Below, piece after piece: positions 60,701 to 64,000 of a DNA stretch of 64,000 bases (positions are counted from its first letter, which is position 1; each line of letters begins with the position of its first letter). The stretch spans positions 128,001 to 192,000 of the forward strand of contig JBNKBE010000007.1 in NCBI GenBank assembly GCA_050287085.1. Direction: 5' to 3'. The notes under the pieces are model-generated. The model made no database searches, had not been told where the DNA came from, and saw only the letters and a list, made by a program, of their open reading frames with translations. Both the position numbers and the translations under genes were made by a program. This stretch comes from Polyangiaceae bacterium (GTDB taxonomy: Bacteria > Myxococcota_A > Polyangia > Polyangiales > Polyangiaceae).

Positions 60701-61032
60701 ACTGGCGGCAGCGCTACGTAGTGGCGCTGGAAGCTTGGGTGCTGGCGGCGCGGCGCCGTTCTGGAGAGGCGACCAACGCGCGCAACGCGCCCTTCCACCG
60801 GGTGTTGGCGGAGCGCGCGCCTGCGGATCTGCGCGGGGCGAGTCTTTCGCGTTTGGTCCTTTGGAACCTCAGCAGCGCGGATGGGATCGCCAGCGTGCTG
60901 ACCGGTTTGACGACCTGTTCGCATGTACAGGATGCGCTGGGTACGCTGCGTTGGCGTGAGGCGGACGAGCCGCTCGACGACCTGCGCGACGCAGTGGCGG
61001 CCATGCCCACGCTAACCTCAGGGACGCCCTAA
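57736..61032 (+). CDS. Fusion: DUF255 thioredoxin-like/YyaL (SPATA20) domain plus aldo/keto reductase
   Basis: VDRHERPDV, P.T.FLTP, GGFAR, VPF.E..L.DNAQL, NGLAI, QDFA; then IGLGSYR, LDTAPSYG.G.AE, TKVG, VHSPE and QLPLN. Confidence 0.82.
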   Translation: MPAERRTPLFERHQNDLVHWSPWDAAVIERARRADRPLLVVLTFTGCGLSGRFQSECFDEPEIAQLMNERFECVLVDRHERPDVEACFLPAALAANPDCALPLTLFLTPELTLIFAAPYLPASASEGRGFRELLERVVDVWDRDRDELHRRGAELLEHARRAHQALPVGDVLTQQALEARHALQAALSLDTPGAEFPMPAVLSFLLSEQLENPDPLLGSALRGRLDRLASDGLRDPISGGFARCAADLACTVPFPERGLSDNAQLALVYLEAAEVLGDERYAEVARGALDFIVRELTTEQGAFATTLGVDGRSERPLVHLEVDVGELKERLSPATLEVALRAFRLTEAVSGEPALARVGEPPSVIAALSDADEAQVQLAIEEARQVIAAQRQGTHVVRDSLVVAGYNGLAIRALAVAALHPAFSSQRDVYLSAAQTAAKAVLLEQWSNGGLSRVAAPRALGSRAMLQDFALLAEGLLALFAATQDVQYRDRAMALAVQMRERFVDSTGRALALEPDAAPELPFRPTASHDGALPPAYATCAAVFTQVGQQCADDADASEWYELARAVLRAESQRMTRGARAHAAGLLAARTLARQLVSRDDAARDQDTLLAALPIAGGATESASRGYFRRLGLPQGACHRLPKSKLWVSRIGLGSYRLSLSQLESRLAASLALSEGANFLDTAPSYGNGEAERALGGAIGSKVTSGALRREELVVMTKVGLSNQPPGGALAGWTTLSGSTGYSLSPAWLDEQIASSARRLGLQRVDIVLVHSPELLLPHRTREALVAELAGALAHLESLRLEGRIASYGVSLGRLLGDEALRPTELCAAVARAGAKGFELVQLPLNPLELGAAEVQPGQGASWLETAHQNDWSIVAHRPLNALAGDTLIRFADAPEVDASDYEGVHRTLRELEEEFRMRLGAVLAAVPDIELPVSEFFTWADRVGEYELSSRELWDDFERHILSAHLPGLLHALNRAFAGKQLDGLWQNWRQRYVVALEAWVLAARRRSGEATNARNAPFHRVLAERAPADLRGASLSRLVLWNLSSADGIASVLTGLTTCSHVQDALGTLRWREADEPLDDLRDAVAAMPTLTSGTP

Positions 61033-61164
61033 GGGCCCGCGGACGGAAAAGTCATACTGGCCGATCCTCGCTCGCGACTGACTTTGCCGTGCGCGGGCCC
61101 TGAGGGGTGAGCCGGATGACAACAAGGCTGGCCAGAGCGGTGGTCGCCCGCTAGATTCCGCGCC

Positions 61165-62475
61165 GTGAAAATTGCAGTCATTGGAACGGGCTACGTCGGC
61201 CTCGTCGCGGGCGCGTGTTTTGCGGAGTCCGGAACTCAGGTGGTTTGTGTCGATGTCGACCAAGCCAAACTGGATCGCCTCAAGCGTGGAGAGGTTCCTT
61301 TCTTTGAGCCCGGGCTCGATGCCCTCGTGACGCGCAATTGGCCCGAGCGACTGGAGTTCACAACTGACCTGACCGCCGCGCTCGACGGAGCGGCGGCCGC
61401 GTTCATCGCGGTCGGCACGCCGCCTAACGAGGACGGCTCGGCGGACCTCTCGGCAGTACTCGGGGTGGCGCGCCAGGTAGCGCAAGCTGCCACGAGCGAG
61501 CTTGTGCTGGTGCTCAAGAGCACGGTGCCTGTTGGCACGAACGACAAGGTGGTGGCTGTCGTTGAGGAGCACGCGCGCGTCAACATCATGGTGGCGAGCA
61601 ATCCTGAGTTTCTGAAAGAAGGCGACGCTCTCAACGACTTTCTCAAGCCCGATCGCATCGTAGTCGGCGTTCGTGAGGAGCGCGCGTTCGAGATCTTGTC
61701 CCGCCTCTACTCGCCCTTCAATCGACAACGCAACCGCATGCACCGCATGTTGCCGCGCAGCGCGGAGATCGTGAAGTATGCGTCCAATGCGATGCTTGCG
61801 ACGAAGATCTCGTTCATGAACGAGATAGCGCTCCTCTGCGATGCAGCGGGCGGAGATGTGGAGCAAGTACGGATCGCGGTGGGAGCCGACCGGCGTATCG
61901 GGTTTCCGTTCCTGTATCCGGGACTTGGCTTCGGTGGTAGCTGCTTTCCGAAAGATCTACGGGCATTGGTACAGACGGGCTCCGAGTATGGTCTCAAGAT
62001 GGAGGTTGCGTCGGCTGCGGTGGTTGCCAACCACAAGCCCGTTGCGCGTGTTGTTGAGCATCTTGAAGCGGACTTTGGGACGCTCGAGGGCAAACGCTTG
62101 GCATTGTGGGGGCTCGCGTTCAAACCCAAGACCGATGATGTTCGCGAGGGGCCGGCATTTTCGCTGATTGAAGCGGTTATCGCGAAGGGGGCCACCGTGG
62201 CTGCCAGCGATCCAGAGGCGCTCGAAACGGCCCGGGCCAGGCTTGAGTTCATGGGTATTTCCGGCGGAGTGGCGCTGTGCGCGAACCCCTACGAGGCGTG
62301 CCGAGACGCTGACGCGCTGGTGCTGTGTACGGAATGGCGGGAGTTCAACTCACCCGATGTGGGAAAGCTGGCGGCGCTCATGCGCGGTCGGCGTGTGTAC
62401 GATGGCCGCAATGTGTGGAGCCCGGAAGAGTTCAAAGAAGCCGGGTTCAGCTATCGCGGCATTGGGCGTTCGTGA
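61165..62475 (+). CDS. ugd: UDP-glucose 6-dehydrogenase
   Basis: IGTGYVG, KSTVPVGT, NPEFLKEG, GFGGSCFPKD, GLAFKP.TDD.RE and DGRN. Confidence 0.96.
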   Translation: MKIAVIGTGYVGLVAGACFAESGTQVVCVDVDQAKLDRLKRGEVPFFEPGLDALVTRNWPERLEFTTDLTAALDGAAAAFIAVGTPPNEDGSADLSAVLGVARQVAQAATSELVLVLKSTVPVGTNDKVVAVVEEHARVNIMVASNPEFLKEGDALNDFLKPDRIVVGVREERAFEILSRLYSPFNRQRNRMHRMLPRSAEIVKYASNAMLATKISFMNEIALLCDAAGGDVEQVRIAVGADRRIGFPFLYPGLGFGGSCFPKDLRALVQTGSEYGLKMEVASAAVVANHKPVARVVEHLEADFGTLEGKRLALWGLAFKPKTDDVREGPAFSLIEAVIAKGATVAASDPEALETARARLEFMGISGGVALCANPYEACRDADALVLCTEWREFNSPDVGKLAALMRGRRVYDGRNVWSPEEFKEAGFSYRGIGRS

Positions 62476-62845
62476 GCTGATCCGTGCTGGGCGTAACGGG
62501 CATCGTCGTTTGCTTTTCGCGGAACACGGGATGCTCCGATTCGGTCGGGCTTGACGCTCGGCGTTCAAGGGCACCTAGCATGCGCCGCTCTGAAACGCTG
62601 TAGACTGTCGACAATAGCGATAAGGGCAACCGGTGGCGAAAGCGCCGGACGCAAAGCTCCTGGCCTAAGGAGATTCGTTTCTAGGGCTTGAAGAGTTGCC
62701 GAACCGGGTCCGCAGCACCGCTGCTTGGCTGTGGCTCAGCGGGGTGGTTCCGTACCGCCGCGGGGGCTCGCCCAGGGAGGTGTCCTGGACGCTTTGCTCT
62801 CGGTCGGGTCCGCTTGGGCCGGCGCAACTGGAGGACGACACCGTG

Positions 62846-63979
62846 ATGAAGAAGAGCCTGGTTGGATTCGCCTGGTGGCTGCTCGCCGCCTGCAGCAGTG
62901 ATGGCACGAGCGGCGGAGCTCGGGTGGATTCAGTCGAAGCGCTACCTCAGACTGAGGAGACGAGCGCGGGTGAGGCGTTGGGCACCGCTGGCGTTGTGCA
63001 GGTGGGTGCGTTGGGCGCGGGTAGCCGGACCTATGATTCCGCGGAGGCGCTCGCGGCGGGCCTAGGGGATGCCGTCGCTGCTGGACACGCGCTCGGCGGG
63101 ATTCACTTTCGGCTGATAGACGCACCAGTGGCGGCCGATGCGCTGTACGTGACTGTGTGCGCTGTTGACGTGCAATATCGCTCGGCGCCGGGCGACGCGA
63201 TGGCTGCCGCAGGGGAACCCTTGCATGAGTCCGAGCGTGTCCGCCCGGAGGATGCCGGCGTACGAGATGCAGCGCCCATGGGCGATCGGGTCGTTGATGC
63301 GGGTCGTCACCGCGCCGAAAACCACGCTTCGTTTGATGGCGGTCATGATGGGGCGGACGGGGGCGCCCCGGACGGGCAATGGGGTTGGGTTCGGCTTCGC
63401 GACGAATGCACAAGCACGGACCTGCTGACGCTGCAAGAGGGGGCCTTTGAGGAGCTTGGCTTCGCTGCGTTGCCGGCGGGCCGCTATGGACAGATACGCT
63501 TGAGGCTCGAGGAGTCCTCGGCCGTCATCGACGGGGAGGAGCATCCGCTCGTGGTTCCGTCAGCCGCAAGCAGTGGGTTGAAAGTGTCTGGCGGTTTTGA
63601 CGTCGCCGTGGGTGAGGTCACAGTTGTGACGCTCGATTTTGACGCCGCCCGGTCCCTTCATGTCGACGGGGCTGGGAAGTACCATTTGCGTCCCGTACTC
63701 TTCCTGGCGTCCGCTGAGCGCAAAGACGCGCACGGCAGCAACGGAGAGACCTCCGAGCATTCGGCGATGACCGCGCGACCGGACGAGCGAGGAGAGCGGG
63801 AAGCCGCCAGCGCCCCCAAAGCACATGGCCGGTCCGGGGTGAGCGGCGCCACGAGCGCCATTGATGGTGGGGCTCCGTCAGCGAAGAAAGGTCCCCGAAA
63901 GCCGGAGGGGGCGAGCCCATCGCAGGGCATGGGGGGTGGCCGCGGGAGCCAGCCCCGAGGTGGTCACGAGCTCGAATAG
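62846..63979 (+). CDS. DUF4382 domain lipoprotein
   Basis: GGAGG RBS at 62831, lipobox LAAC; DAP, DLLTL, LPAGRYGQIRL, VPS...SGLK, LDFDA..S and Y.LRPV. Confidence 0.82.
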   Translation: MKKSLVGFAWWLLAACSSDGTSGGARVDSVEALPQTEETSAGEALGTAGVVQVGALGAGSRTYDSAEALAAGLGDAVAAGHALGGIHFRLIDAPVAADALYVTVCAVDVQYRSAPGDAMAAAGEPLHESERVRPEDAGVRDAAPMGDRVVDAGRHRAENHASFDGGHDGADGGAPDGQWGWVRLRDECTSTDLLTLQEGAFEELGFAALPAGRYGQIRLRLEESSAVIDGEEHPLVVPSAASSGLKVSGGFDVAVGEVTVVTLDFDAARSLHVDGAGKYHLRPVLFLASAERKDAHGSNGETSEHSAMTARPDERGEREAASAPKAHGRSGVSGATSAIDGGAPSAKKGPRKPEGASPSQGMGGGRGSQPRGGHELE

Positions 63980-64000
63980 CTGCGACGAGCCCCCTCGCCA

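Noticed and set aside
61018..61866. 282-aa antisense ORF over ugd (also 33911-34792, 35113-35886, 42980-43939, 28396-29421 and similar)
   Set aside because: Shadow ORFs opposite well-supported genes, expected from GC-rich codon bias; no motifs.

Overview
GC-rich (roughly 65%) bacterial chromosomal segment whose gene content (DUF4388 response regulator, PEGA/TPR, fibro-slime, DAG-linker lipoproteins, FHA protein, stand-alone M17 N-domain) points to Myxococcota, probably Polyangiales (inference). About 47 protein genes: core or housekeeping (ribB-ribH-nusB, queD-like, alr, ettA, second ABC-F, tamB, ttcA, mgsA, ugd, rimI) mixed with many secreted or lipoprotein accessory genes. I saw no rRNA, tRNA, CRISPR array, integrase or transposase. 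The best candidate for an undescribed element is in the 630-bp gap at 55204-55835. It holds a correctly spaced sigma54 (-24/-12) promoter with an upstream IHF-like site, followed by a ~135-nt non-coding RNA candidate. The RNA has three hairpins, two carrying C-rich anti-Shine-Dalgarno loops and each closed by a U7 tail. Also notable: a heme-c-fused copper monooxygenase beside a diheme cytochrome, a YyaL/SPATA20-aldo-keto reductase fusion divergent from mgsA, a nuclease-less DUF1016-N protein near an orphan methyltransferase, an AT-rich operator-like island, and many short tandem duplications. Family calls come from motif recognition by eye, not database searches. Several start codons were re-chosen and are uncertain.
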